Assembly (NCBI GenBank): GCA_965116465.1
Contig: OZ220687.1
Coordinates: forward strand, 2,436,596-2,500,595
Length of the DNA: 64,000 bases
Reading direction: 5' to 3'
From: Acidimicrobiales bacterium
Lineage (GTDB): Bacteria; Actinomycetota; Acidimicrobiia; Acidimicrobiales; CATQHL01
Below, in pieces: positions 42,132-52,188 of the stretch. The stretch's first letter is position 1. The number at the start of each line of letters is the position of its first letter. Under the pieces are notes generated by a model. It searched no databases. It saw only the letters and a program-made list of their open reading frames with translations, and had not been told where the DNA came from. The position numbers and the translations under genes are program-made.

Positions 42132-43946
42132 CTAATCGAGCCAGGTCTCGGTCAGGAATGCCCGTCCGCGCAGGATGTTGAGCACTTCGCTGCCGTCGGG
42201 CATCGTGATCCGGGCGAGATTCTTGACTTCCGGGCGATGGGGCAGGATCCAGCGCACCCAGTGCATCCAGATGTTGTGGACCCCCTCGGCGAGGGCTCGG
42301 TTCACATCCTCGGCGATCCGTCGCAACCCGTCGCGATCTGTCGTGACGGTGGCCTCGTCCAGAGCTGCGTCGAGAGGTTCACTCACGATGCGCCCCAGAT
42401 TCAGGGCCAGACCTGTGGTGAAATTCGAGTGCCACCAGACTCGCTCGCTGGCCAGGCTGATCCCGTCGTGGTTCCGCCACAGGTTCACCTGGAAGTTCCC
42501 CATGATCGCGTTGCGAATCAGGGCGCTCGCGTCGAGTTGGCTGATCTGGACCTCGAGGCCGCAGTCGCCCCACATCTGGGCGAGCAACTCGGCGGAGGTC
42601 CGGTCGAATGGCTCGTTCGTGGTGCCGAGCACGATGGCGCCCGGGTCCGGCAGCTGCGCCCAGAGGGAGCGACCGGCCTCGAGATCGAAAGCGGGGAATC
42701 CGTTCTCGGCCAGGTAGCCGGGCGTGTTCGGCGAGAACGGCCCGTTGGCGATGTCGAAGTTGCCGCCGGTTCGCAGCAGGTTGTAGGTCTCGTGGTCGGT
42801 GCAGTGGGCGAGGGCCCGCCGGGCATCGAGGTTGTTGAAGGGCGGCGCCGCATTGTTGAGCAGCAGGTGATGCGTCTGCAGGAAGCTGCGCTCCTCCACC
42901 GTGTTGAAGTTCTCCCGGTAGTGGTCGAAGTCCAAGCCGATGTCGGAATGGGTGACGTGAATATCGCCGAGTTGCAGAGCCACCTTCCGGGAGTCGGACT
43001 CGAGGATGGGCCGGAACACGATCCGGTCGAGGTACGGAACGGTGCGGCCGGCGGCATCGGTCCGCCAGTAGTCGGCGTTGCGTTCCACGACCAGTTCCTG
43101 ATCGGGGATCCACGACTTGAAGGTGAACGGCCCCGTGCCGACCGGATTGGCCGCGCCGTCGGGGTCGGCGTACTGGCTCGGGGCGGCGAGGTAGCCCAGC
43201 TGGCCGGTGAGGCCGGCGGGCAGGCCGGCGAACGAAACCTCGGAGTACAACTCCAGCGTCAGTTCGTCGATCACCTCCCAGCCCGTGAGCCGTCGCAACG
43301 TCTGACCCGGTAGGGCGCCGCTCAAAAGGTTCTGGAAGTGGGTGGCAAGGGCGGCCGCATTCGCGGGGGTGCCGTCGTGGAAGGTGACGCCGGGGCGCAT
43401 CCTGAAGGTCCAGACGGTGAAGTCCTCGTTCGGTTCGAAGGACTCCAGCAGGTACGGCTGCGGTTGCCCGCCGGCGTCGGTGATGGTCAGCGGATCGAAG
43501 ATGGCGCGCATGATGGTGTGACACGACACGGTGCAGGTCTGGGTCGCCGGGTTCCAGCCGCCGGGGCTCTCGGCCTCGAGGCCCACGAACAGCGTTCCCC
43601 CGTAGACGGGCCCTGTGGTCGGCTGCGGCGCCGCCACCGGGGCGGGTGGCGGGGACGTCGGTTCGCTTGGCGTCTGGGGTGCGGGCGGTGGGTCGGATGC
43701 GGCCGGAGCGGTGGCGGGCTCGGGCGGTTCGCTCGGCGGCTGAGGATCGGGCGCGGGTTGAGGGTCCGACCCTGCCGGCGAAGCGGTGGGCGCCGCCGGT
43801 GCGCCGGATTCCGAAGCCGGGCCGTCAGCCGGGATCGTCGAAGGCGCTGGGTCCTCCTGGCCGCCGCAGGCCGCGGCGAGCAGCGCCACGACGGCCGCTG
43901 CGGCGAGCAGGCGGGGGCTCATTTGCTTTGGCACACGTGATCCCAC
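42132..43946 (-). CDS. ABC substrate-binding lipoprotein, family 5, paralogue 2
   Basis: Lipobox ALLAAACGG, Pro-rich linker, GTGPFTFKSWIPDQELVVERNADYW. Confidence 0.85.
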   Translation of the reverse strand: MGSRVPKQMSPRLLAAAAVVALLAAACGGQEDPAPSTIPADGPASESGAPAAPTASPAGSDPQPAPDPQPPSEPPEPATAPAASDPPPAPQTPSEPTSPPPAPVAAPQPTTGPVYGGTLFVGLEAESPGGWNPATQTCTVSCHTIMRAIFDPLTITDAGGQPQPYLLESFEPNEDFTVWTFRMRPGVTFHDGTPANAAALATHFQNLLSGALPGQTLRRLTGWEVIDELTLELYSEVSFAGLPAGLTGQLGYLAAPSQYADPDGAANPVGTGPFTFKSWIPDQELVVERNADYWRTDAAGRTVPYLDRIVFRPILESDSRKVALQLGDIHVTHSDIGLDFDHYRENFNTVEERSFLQTHHLLLNNAAPPFNNLDARRALAHCTDHETYNLLRTGGNFDIANGPFSPNTPGYLAENGFPAFDLEAGRSLWAQLPDPGAIVLGTTNEPFDRTSAELLAQMWGDCGLEVQISQLDASALIRNAIMGNFQVNLWRNHDGISLASERVWWHSNFTTGLALNLGRIVSEPLDAALDEATVTTDRDGLRRIAEDVNRALAEGVHNIWMHWVRWILPHRPEVKNLARITMPDGSEVLNILRGRAFLTETWLD

Positions 43947-44049
43947 TGATCCACTCCACCCGGGCGTCGGTGCTGACTGATCGTCCTTCGAGCATGTTCA
44001 GTATCTCACGCCCACCCAGTGGAGGGGCGACGAGCCGGTTCCTGGCCGG

Positions 44050-45930
44050 TCACTCGATCCAGGTCTCGGTGAGGAAGGCTCGCCCCTCGATGAGGTTGAG
44101 GATCTCGCGCCCGTCGGGCAGCGTCAGCTTCGCCAGGTTATGGACGTGGTCGAGGTGCGGCAGCATCCAGAGCGACCAGTTGAGCCACACGTTGTAGACA
44201 CCGGCCGCGAAGATCCGATTGACTTCCTCGGCCAGCGCCCGCAACTCGTCGGGGTCGGTGGTACGCGCGGCGGCCTCCAGGGCGGCGTCCAGTGCCGGAT
44301 CCACGATCCGTCCGAAGTTCACGGCCAGGCCGGCGGCGTACTCGGAGTGCCACCACGTGCGCTCGTTCTCGAGGCTGGCACCATTGTGGTTCCGCCACAG
44401 GAACGTCTGGAAGAGCCCGAAGACGGCGTTCGTGATGAGGGTTCCCTGGTCCACCTGGGTGATCTGGGTGTCGATGCCGCAGTCGTTCCACATCTGGGAG
44501 ATCAGTTCGGTCGTCGTCCGGTTGAACGAATCGTTCGTCGTGCCGAGTTCCACCACGCCGGGGTTGTCCAGCTGGCTCCAGAGAGCGCGTCCCGCCTCGG
44601 GGTCGTAGGTGGGGAACCCGGAGTCGGCCAGGTAGCCGGGCGTGTTCGGCCCAAACGGGCCGTTGGCAGTCGGAGTGTTGCCGCCGACTCGCAGCAGGTT
44701 GTAGGTGTCGTAGTCGGTGCAGTGGGCCACGGCCTGCCGGGCGCGGATGTCGTCGAAGGGCGGGTTGGCGGCGTTCAGCATCATGTAGGTGGTCTGGAAG
44801 AAGCTGCCCTCCTCCACCATCTTGTAACTCTCCCGGTACTCGCCTGCCTTGAGGGCGGAGTTGATGTGTTGGACGTCGAGGTCGCCCGATGCCAGGGCCA
44901 GGTCGCGGGTTTCCTGGTCGGGGATGGGTCGGAACACCACCCTGTCGAGATACGGGAGCTGGCGTCCTTCGGCGTCGGTCTTCCAGTAGTTGGGGTTGCG
45001 GTCCACGATCAGTTCCGCATCCGGTGTCCATGAGGTGAAGACGAACGGGCCGGTGCCGACCGGCCGGATGGCACCTTCGGGGTCGGCGTACTGGCTCGGC
45101 GCAGCGAGGTAGCCCAGTTGGCCGGTCAGCAGCGCGGGCAGCCCGGCGAGCGGACCGGCGGTTCGCACTTCCACGGTCAGGTCGTCGATCACCTCCCAGC
45201 TCGCCCAGCGGCGGACGATCAGGCCTGTCAGCGTTCCCGCCTTCAGGTTGTCGAAGTGGGTGGCGAGGGCGGCGGCGTCGGCGGGCGTGCCGTCGTGGAA
45301 GGTGATGCCCGGCCGCATCGTCAATGTCCAGACGGTGAAGTCCTCGTTGGAGCTGAAGGACTCCAGGAGGTAGGGCTCGGCGGCCCCTGAGGGGCCTTCG
45401 ATCGTGAGCGTGTCGAAGATGGCGCGCATCACGGTGTGGCAGGCCACGGCGCACTGCGTGGTCGCCGGATTCCAGCCCTGGCCGGTCTCGGCCTCCAGGC
45501 CGAAGGTCAGCGTCCGGCCGTAGACCGGCTCGGCGACGGGCTCGGGTGCCGCCACCGGCGCCGGTGGCGGCGGGGCCGGGTCGTCCGCTGCAGGTGGTGG
45601 TGCCGGCGGGTCCCCCGGCGCGGGTGGTGGCGCCGGCGGATCATCGCGTGCGGTTGGCGGCGGGGGCGGGTCGCCGGGCGCAGGTGGTGGTGCCGGCGGG
45701 TCCCCCGGCGCGGGTGGCGGTGCCGGCGGATCACCGGGTGCGGGTGGCGGCGGGGCCGGGTCGCCGGGCGCAGGTGGTGGAGCCGGCGCCCCGGCGGGCT
45801 CTGCCACCGGCGCCGCATCGTCGCCGGCGTCCCCGCCGCAGGCGGCAGCGACCAGAAGGACGATCAGTGCCACCGCGGGCAGGCGTCGGTTCCACAGCGA
45901 GCGAGCGAGTTGCAGCAGGGTGGTCGGCAT
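44050..45930 (-). CDS. ABC substrate-binding lipoprotein, family 5, paralogue 3
   Basis: ATG 45930 preceded by AAGGGGGGAT. Lipobox LLVAAACGG, PAPGDPPAPPP repeats, GTGPFVFTSWTPDAELIVDRNPNYW. Confidence 0.85.
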   Translation of the reverse strand: MPTTLLQLARSLWNRRLPAVALIVLLVAAACGGDAGDDAAPVAEPAGAPAPPPAPGDPAPPPPAPGDPPAPPPAPGDPPAPPPAPGDPPPPPTARDDPPAPPPAPGDPPAPPPAADDPAPPPPAPVAAPEPVAEPVYGRTLTFGLEAETGQGWNPATTQCAVACHTVMRAIFDTLTIEGPSGAAEPYLLESFSSNEDFTVWTLTMRPGITFHDGTPADAAALATHFDNLKAGTLTGLIVRRWASWEVIDDLTVEVRTAGPLAGLPALLTGQLGYLAAPSQYADPEGAIRPVGTGPFVFTSWTPDAELIVDRNPNYWKTDAEGRQLPYLDRVVFRPIPDQETRDLALASGDLDVQHINSALKAGEYRESYKMVEEGSFFQTTYMMLNAANPPFDDIRARQAVAHCTDYDTYNLLRVGGNTPTANGPFGPNTPGYLADSGFPTYDPEAGRALWSQLDNPGVVELGTTNDSFNRTTTELISQMWNDCGIDTQITQVDQGTLITNAVFGLFQTFLWRNHNGASLENERTWWHSEYAAGLAVNFGRIVDPALDAALEAAARTTDPDELRALAEEVNRIFAAGVYNVWLNWSLWMLPHLDHVHNLAKLTLPDGREILNLIEGRAFLTETWIE

Positions 45931-46070
45931 GATCCCCCCTTTCGATTCGACTGCGGCGAGTTTGCGCAAGATAGGTCCCGGAGCCGGCTGGCCGCAGTGC
46001 GCCCGATGCTAGTGAGCAGCCTTGTTACGTGCCGGTCGAGAGGGCGCCGCAGGAGCCTGAGGGTGCGGCG

Positions 46071-47675
46071 TCACTGTCTCTCGACGCCGTCCGGTTCCGG
46101 GGTTGCGCCGGCTGTCGCGGCGCGTTCGACGAGTTCGAAGCGCAGGATCTTCCCGGTGGGATTGCGGGGGATCTCCTCGATGGCGTGGAACCGCTTCGGC
46201 ACCTTGTAGCCGCTGAGGTATCGGCGCGCCCAACGGCGCAGGTCCTCCTCGCCGAACCCGGCGGTGCTGACCACGAACGCGGTGACCTCCTCGCCCCAGC
46301 GGGTCGACGGCGCGCCGACGACGGCCACGGCGTCGACCGCCGCGTGGCGGGCCAGTACGTCCTCCACTTCCCGGGGGAGGACGTTCATGCCTCCGGTGAT
46401 GATGATGTCCTTGGACCGCCCGGTGATCGTGACCGCGCCGGTGTCCGGATCGCGTCTCGCCAGGTCGCCGGTCGGGAACCATTCGTCCTCGGCGCGGGAC
46501 GTCTGGCTCGCGTAGCCGGCGAAGACCTGCGGACCCCGCACCGAGAGTTCGCCCGTCTTCTCGTTGATGGCGATCTCGACGCCCGGCAGCGGGAAGCCAA
46601 CGCCGCCGGGTTGCCGGGGGCCGTCGTACAGGTTCGAGACATTCAGTCCCGACTCCGTCGTCCCGTAGCGCTCCAGGGGAGGTTGGCCGAGCACGTCGTT
46701 GACTCGCTCGAAGAGAGTCGCCGGCAAAGGAGCCGAGCCCGATATCGGCAGGCGCAGGCGGGGCATAGCCACGGTCTCGTGGACGTTCGTGATGCGTTCC
46801 CACATGGCGGGAACGGCGAAGACGACCGAGGCGTGGCGCAGCTTCGCTTCGTCGATGAGCCGTTCGGGGTCGAACCGGGAGAGGCAGTGAAGCGACGAAC
46901 CGCTCAACACGGCGGCATGGAGGCCGCTGAGCCCGTGCTGGTGGTACATCGGCAGCGCGTGGACAAGGACGTCGTTCCGGTGCCAACGCCAGGCGCCCAT
47001 GGCGCTGCGGATGGACGCCTGGATGTCTCCGTGGCGCAACGGCGTCAACTTGGGCGCGCCCGTCGTGCCTGAGGTGAATGCGCAGACGGCCACGTCGCCC
47101 GATCGGGGAAGGTGCGCGTGCGGCAGCGTGCCGCCACCGGAGGCTTCCAGACCGACGATCGGCCAGTGCGCCACGGACGTCCCCGCGGCGAGGCCGGCGA
47201 GCGTGTCGGTGGCCTGGCCGCCGGTGATCGCCACCGACACCGCCGCCGCGGCCATCTGCGCTTCGAGTTCGGAAGCCGTGGACGACGGATTGGCGAGCAC
47301 CACCGGGGAGCGGAGGGCCAGCAGCGCCAGGTAGCAGGTGATGAAGTCGAGTGAGGTGGGGGCGGCCAGGAGTGTCGGGCGTGTCCGGTCCACTCCCCGG
47401 CGGGCGAGTGTTGCCGCGAGGGCTTCGGTCTGGCTGTGCAACTCGCGCAGGCCGAGGTGCTCGCCGTCGACGCCGATCCGCGCGTGCGTGGAGCCGGTGA
47501 GGGCTCGTTGCCGCAGCGCCCGCGAGATCGATCCCCGCCGGAGCCGGCGCGCCAGCTGGGCGCGGTCGGGGCTCGGCGGGAGCGTCGGATCGTGCATCCG
47601 CCAGGCACGCAACGTGGCGCCGTCGAGAGGCTCTGCTTGGAGTCGGTGTGCGGTTGCCACGGCTACCGCTCGCAT
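46071..47675 (-). CDS. AMP-dependent synthetase/ligase (acyl-CoA ligase family)
   Basis: AMP motif VCAFTSGTTGAPKLTPL and EWFPTGDLARRDPDTGAVTITGRSKD. Start uncertain. Confidence 0.8.
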   Translation of the reverse strand: MRAVAVATAHRLQAEPLDGATLRAWRMHDPTLPPSPDRAQLARRLRRGSISRALRQRALTGSTHARIGVDGEHLGLRELHSQTEALAATLARRGVDRTRPTLLAAPTSLDFITCYLALLALRSPVVLANPSSTASELEAQMAAAAVSVAITGGQATDTLAGLAAGTSVAHWPIVGLEASGGGTLPHAHLPRSGDVAVCAFTSGTTGAPKLTPLRHGDIQASIRSAMGAWRWHRNDVLVHALPMYHQHGLSGLHAAVLSGSSLHCLSRFDPERLIDEAKLRHASVVFAVPAMWERITNVHETVAMPRLRLPISGSAPLPATLFERVNDVLGQPPLERYGTTESGLNVSNLYDGPRQPGGVGFPLPGVEIAINEKTGELSVRGPQVFAGYASQTSRAEDEWFPTGDLARRDPDTGAVTITGRSKDIIITGGMNVLPREVEDVLARHAAVDAVAVVGAPSTRWGEEVTAFVVSTAGFGEEDLRRWARRYLSGYKVPKRFHAIEEIPRNPTGKILRFELVERAATAGATPEPDGVERQ

Positions 47676-47705
47676 TCCGGCGGGGAAGTGACCGGTCCGC
47701 CTGCG

Positions 47706-48527
47706 CTAGCGGCGGAGGCCTTCGATGCTGCCGGTCCAGTTCTCACGGTTCCCGGTCCGCTCGCGCTCCAGCGGCTCGTGGAGGTCGGCATTGAGGAGTT
47801 GCTTGAGGCGGGCGCGGGCCTCGGGATGGGTTCGGGTGATCTCGGTGAGCAGCTCCTCCCGCCAGGGCGTGGCGATCCCCAACCGGATGGCCTCCGGCGC
47901 GTCCACCCGGCGGGTCGTGAGGCACAGGTCGGCCGCCGCATGGCGCCCGGCGATCCTCACCAGCGCCCACGCACCGACGGCCAGACCGTGCCCGGCGCCC
48001 GCGAAACGGAACCAGGCGTCGGGCGTGGCCATGCAGACGTCGGCGGCGAGACACAGCTGGGCGCCCCCGCCCACGGCCGCACCGGCCACCTCGGCCACGA
48101 ATATGACAGGAGATCCGAGCATCCGCTGATAGGTGGCGTAGAGCCGGTCCGACACGAGGGCCCGCTCGGCGTCGGGCAGGGTGAGGTCGGCGCCGGAGCA
48201 GAACACCCCCTCGAGCGAGGAGCGGATCACGAGCGCCGCGTCGTGCCGTTCCTCGGCACGATCGATGGCCTCGCGCAACCTGACCAGGAAGGCGTCGTCA
48301 ACGGCGTTGCGGCGCTTCTCGTCGGACATCAGGAACTCGGCGCAACCGTCGGGGATCGGTTGTCGGACCCCCGGGGTGGGTGCGGGCCGAGGCCCGGTCC
48401 GCCGTCGCTCCCTCGCCTTCCGAGGCCACCAGAACCCGCCGGGAATCCACCCCCAGGAAGGGAAGTCGCGAAGGCGAAGGGGCGCGCCGTGGTCGCCCTT
48501 GCGGAAACCGATCACGTGGTTCACCAT
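47706..48527 (-). CDS. Enoyl-CoA hydratase/isomerase (crotonase) family protein
   Basis: VFCSGADLTL and VAGAAVGGGAQLCLAAD oxyanion-hole segments. The N-terminal 60 aa are atypical, so the start (48527 versus ATG 48329) is uncertain. Confidence 0.65.
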   Translation of the reverse strand: MVNHVIGFRKGDHGAPLRLRDFPSWGWIPGGFWWPRKARERRRTGPRPAPTPGVRQPIPDGCAEFLMSDEKRRNAVDDAFLVRLREAIDRAEERHDAALVIRSSLEGVFCSGADLTLPDAERALVSDRLYATYQRMLGSPVIFVAEVAGAAVGGGAQLCLAADVCMATPDAWFRFAGAGHGLAVGAWALVRIAGRHAAADLCLTTRRVDAPEAIRLGIATPWREELLTEITRTHPEARARLKQLLNADLHEPLERERTGNRENWTGSIEGLRR

Positions 48528-48588
48528 AGGTGACCTGCCGGCAATGAGCCGCCGGCGCCCGGGAAGGACGGTGAGGACGTTGGAGGAG

Positions 48589-49476
48589 ATGTCGGTGCGG
48601 GAGGTCACGACCTCTGACGGGGTGGTTCTGCACAGCGAGTCGGTGGGCGACGGCGACCCGATCCTGTTCATCCACGAGTTCGCCGGCGACCATCGCACCT
48701 GGGAACCGCAGATGCGGAGGTTCTCACGCAGCCACCGCTGCATCACCTACGCCGCTCGCGGCTACCCGCCGTCGCAGGTGCCCACCGATCCGGCCGCCTA
48801 CTCCCAGCGGCACGCCGTGGACGACGCTCTGGCGGTGCTCGACGCCCATGCGGTCACCGAGGCGCACGTTGTCGGGATCTCCATGGGGGGATTTGCCGGG
48901 CTGCACCTCGCCATGCGGCACCCGGGGCGTGTCAGGTCGCTGGTCGCGGCCGGCACGGGTTACGGCGCCCGCCCCACCGAAGTGGACCGATTCCGCGGGG
49001 AGTGTGACGCCATCGCGGAGGTGATCGAAACCGCGGGAATCGCTGCGTTCGCCCGGCAGTACATGTCCGGGCCGTCGCGGGTGCAACTGCAGAACAAGGA
49101 CCGCCGCGCCTGGCAGGAGTACACCAGGTGGGTGAGCGAGCATTCGGCGGAAGGCTCGGCCGCCACGATGCGCGGCGTGCAGCGGGAGAGGCCGTCGCTC
49201 TACGCCCTGGAGGCTGAGCTTGCGTCGATCGCGGCTCCGGTGCTCGTTCTCGCCGGCGACGAGGACGACGGCTGCCTGGAGACGAGCGTGTGGCTGAAGC
49301 GGGTGATCCCGACGGCCGGACTCGCCGTGCTACCCAAGTCGGGGCACACGCTGAACGTCGAGGAGCCGGACCTCGTGAACACGCTCATCGCGGACTTCCT
49401 GCACCGGGTCGAGGCCGGCGTCTGGGGACCGCGGGATCCGCGCGCCGACCCGGGAGCCATCACCGGATTCTCGTGA
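48589..49476 (+). CDS. Alpha/beta-fold hydrolase
   Basis: ATG 48589 after GGAGGA. ILFIHEFAGDHRTWEPQ and nucleophile elbow HVVGISMGGFAGL. Confidence 0.85.
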   Translation: MSVREVTTSDGVVLHSESVGDGDPILFIHEFAGDHRTWEPQMRRFSRSHRCITYAARGYPPSQVPTDPAAYSQRHAVDDALAVLDAHAVTEAHVVGISMGGFAGLHLAMRHPGRVRSLVAAGTGYGARPTEVDRFRGECDAIAEVIETAGIAAFARQYMSGPSRVQLQNKDRRAWQEYTRWVSEHSAEGSAATMRGVQRERPSLYALEAELASIAAPVLVLAGDEDDGCLETSVWLKRVIPTAGLAVLPKSGHTLNVEEPDLVNTLIADFLHRVEAGVWGPRDPRADPGAITGFS

Positions 49477-49531
49477 GGTCGTCCCACCGGAGGTGTGACA
49501 TCATTTCGTGCGGGATGACAAGTCAGGGAGA

Positions 49532-50335
49532 ATGCCCGTGGACCTACAACTGACCGACAAGGCCGCCATCATCACCGGCGGGAGCATGGGTATCGGCAAG
49601 GCCGTGGCCGAGGGACTGGCCGCCGAGGGTTGCGATGTCGCCATCGTGGCCCGGGGGCAGGAACTATTGGAGGAGGTGGCGGCGGATATCGCCTCGGCGA
49701 GCGGAAGGCGCTGCATTCCCCTGGTGGGCGACATGAGCAGCACCGACGACGCCAACCGCGTCGTGGATGCCGCCGCCGAGGCGTTCGGCGGGCTGGACAT
49801 CTGCGTGCCCAACGCCGGCAGCTCGCCCGGCGGGCTCCTCGAGGAACTGACCGACGACCAGTGGAACGCCAGCCTGCAACTCAAGTTCATGGGCCACGTG
49901 CGGACGGTGCGCGCCGCCGTGCCGCACCTGCGGGCCCGCGGCGGGGGCTCCATCGTCATGGTGGTCGGGAACGACGGCCTCAAGCCCTCGTACTGGGAGA
50001 TGACCGCCGGTGTCGCCAATGCCGCCGACATCAACTTCGCCTCCTCGGTGGCCGAGCAGTACGGCCGCATCGGCATCCGCTGCAACACCGTGAATCCGGG
50101 TCCGGTGGCCACCACCCGCTGGGACTACCTCGAGGAGGCCATGGCCCGCGACAAGAAGATCAGCAGGGAGCGGGCCCACGAGATCACCATCGACAGCCTT
50201 CCCCTGGGGACGATCTGCACGGCCCAGCAGGTGGCGGACGTGGTCGTCTTCCTGGCGTCGGATCGCGGCGGCTACGTCAACGGCGCGCACATCCTCCTCG
50301 ACGGAGGCCAGCGCAAGGCGCTGATGGACGTCTGA
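49532..50335 (+). CDS. SDR-family oxidoreductase
   Basis: AAIITGGSMGIGKAVAEGL cofactor motif and CVPNAGSSP. Confidence 0.8.
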   Translation: MPVDLQLTDKAAIITGGSMGIGKAVAEGLAAEGCDVAIVARGQELLEEVAADIASASGRRCIPLVGDMSSTDDANRVVDAAAEAFGGLDICVPNAGSSPGGLLEELTDDQWNASLQLKFMGHVRTVRAAVPHLRARGGGSIVMVVGNDGLKPSYWEMTAGVANAADINFASSVAEQYGRIGIRCNTVNPGPVATTRWDYLEEAMARDKKISRERAHEITIDSLPLGTICTAQQVADVVVFLASDRGGYVNGAHILLDGGQRKALMDV

Positions 50336-50345
50336 GCCGCTGGCT

Positions 50346-51029
50346 CTACGCCGGCCGCTTGTCGCGCCGCGCCCAGATGCGGTCGATGTACGCCACGGCC
50401 TCGGGCGTCTTGCAGGAGGTCTCGCCGTGGTCCACGACGACAGGTCCGATCCGCCGGGCGGCGGCGGTGGCGCTCTCCCGAAGTGACTCGTTGCGGCCGC
50501 CGATGGCGATGAGGGCGCCGTTCATGCAGTGCCGCACCCGGTTGGCGGACTCCGCGATGCTCGACTCGATCCTCGCCAGACGCATCTCGAAATAGTCATC
50601 GCCCAAGTCGTTGTCACCGAGCGCCTGCTGAGCGACGAGGGTCCAGCCGGCCGAGGCCATCCACTCACTGACGTCATCGATCCAATCCGCGGCGCAGCCG
50701 TCCAGGAACGGCGTGCGGGCGACGAACGCGGCCATCTCGTCGATCAGGACGTAGTTGCCGAGGTCCCCCGCCCACGCCTCGATCTCGGATCGACCGGTCC
50801 GCGCCGGGTCTGCAACGGCGAGAGCCAGCACGCGGGCGTCGTGGTTTCCGCTCGCCCACAGCGCCTGTGCCAGATCGTGATCGGGCCGGAGCTTCTTCCC
50901 CATCTTGCGCAGATGGGCGAAACTCACCCCGAACATCGGCTCGTTCACGCCGTGCCGGGCATAGACCTTGCGGTTCTGGGCGGTACCCAGCGCCTCCAAC
51001 TCCGCCAACACGCTGCCGGGATCGCTCAT
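50346..51029 (-). CDS. DNA alkylation repair protein (AlkD-like HEAT-repeat family)
   Basis: Start MSDPGS at 51029 with GAGGTGGAGA upstream. LGTAQNRKVYARHGV. Family call from memory. Confidence 0.65.
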   Translation of the reverse strand: MSDPGSVLAELEALGTAQNRKVYARHGVNEPMFGVSFAHLRKMGKKLRPDHDLAQALWASGNHDARVLALAVADPARTGRSEIEAWAGDLGNYVLIDEMAAFVARTPFLDGCAADWIDDVSEWMASAGWTLVAQQALGDNDLGDDYFEMRLARIESSIAESANRVRHCMNGALIAIGGRNESLRESATAAARRIGPVVVDHGETSCKTPEAVAYIDRIWARRDKRPA

Positions 51030-51197
51030 GTCTCCACCTCGTGTGCCGCTCCGGATGGGTGCACCGTTTCGTCGCGTGTGCTGGTCCGTTCTGCTCAGAC
51101 CTCTCGCCTGCGCACCAAGCGCCACGATATGTGATCACCCTGTGGCCGCCGCATCCGGACGGCCTCGATTCAGAGCATGAGTGCCGGGCGGGACTAT

Positions 51198-51320
51198 TCA
51201 CCACGCTCCACGTGTGAGGTTCTTGTCGGCGAACATGTAGTGCCCCAACTCGTGGGGAGCATCAGGATGCGCCGACCGACGGTCGGCGCTGCCGCGCTCG
51301 AGCAGGATTGCCACACCATC
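51198..51320 (-). pseudogene. Possible fragment of an ImmA/IrrE-type zinc metallopeptidase
   Basis: GVAILLERGSADRRSAHPDAPHELGHYMFADKN contains HExxH in the usual ImmA context. The upstream part of the ORF looks non-coding, and the fragment is far shorter than a functional ImmA. Confidence 0.3.
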
Positions 51321-51648
51321 GCGCTCAGTTCGCCCAGCACCACGAGAATGCGAGCAGGCTGCCACGCTCCGCGTGGCGGCCAAGTCGAACTTTGGTCCAG
51401 TGCGAGGGCGATGGGCTTGATGTCGCGCAACTGTTGGCACCCGTTGGCGTCGGTTCGCGACGATCACGGACCTGCGAGACGTGTTCGAGCGAATACTTGA
51501 CTCCCGGACGACAGTTTCCTCGGCGTGGAGTCGCGCAGGGGCTTGCAGAACGTGCTCTGCTGGGCGAGAATAGGGGTGCTGAGAGCAATAGCTTGAGGAA
51601 GTGGGCCCGACTCCTCTCCGGACGGTGAGCAGTCGGGCCTTGCGCTGT

Positions 51649-52188
51649 CTAACGGGTCTTCACCTCCGCGACTCGCGGGAGCATGCCGAGGTGGTCGAGT
51701 CGAGTCCGCCACGTACCGCCTCGGCCCCAAGCCCATGCGATCGCATCGGCGATCCAGAGCAGAGGCTCGTCTGTGGCACGCCGATGGGCGTACGCGAATA
51801 GGGGCGCCGGGTGATGGCCAATGGCCTCGAATAGCACGGAACGGTCCCGGTCGTCTTGGCGATCACGCGATTCGATCACGACACGGGTGACACCGACGCT
51901 CCGCAGGTCCGCCACCATCGCCGCGAGAATGCGAGCCCGCGCGGCGACCTGATCCCGATTGTCGGTGAAGTACACGACCGGATCCACGTCAAGCGCCGCG
52001 ATGGAGCCCAGTGCGGCGCGCCGACGCTCGTCGCTCTCGCGGGCGAAGTGGATTCGCCTCTGTCCCGGCGCCCGGAGGTGACGGAGAGCCCGGCGTGCGG
52101 GTCCGAGGCTGCTGACCGGAATCAAGACTGCGCAAATGACGTACCGTCGACCCCGAATCGATTCGTCGACGAAGGCGTGCAGACTCAT
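51649..52188 (-). CDS. Hypothetical 179-aa protein with an RNase H-like/DUF3800-like arrangement of acidic residues
   Basis: HAFVDESIRGRRYVICAVLI, RVVIESRDRQDDRDRS and EPLLWIADAIAWAWGRGG. ATG overlaps the upstream stop (ATGA 52185-52188). The fold call is inference only. Confidence 0.5.
   Translation of the reverse strand: MSLHAFVDESIRGRRYVICAVLIPVSSLGPARRALRHLRAPGQRRIHFARESDERRRAALGSIAALDVDPVVYFTDNRDQVAARARILAAMVADLRSVGVTRVVIESRDRQDDRDRSVLFEAIGHHPAPLFAYAHRRATDEPLLWIADAIAWAWGRGGTWRTRLDHLGMLPRVAEVKTR

Noticed and set aside
41757-45932. Plus-strand Gly/Arg-rich ORFs and apparent GC-rich repeats at 41757-42135 and 45436-45932
   Set aside because: They are the reverse complement of the proline-rich linker regions of the binding-protein genes, not independent genes or non-coding repeat elements.
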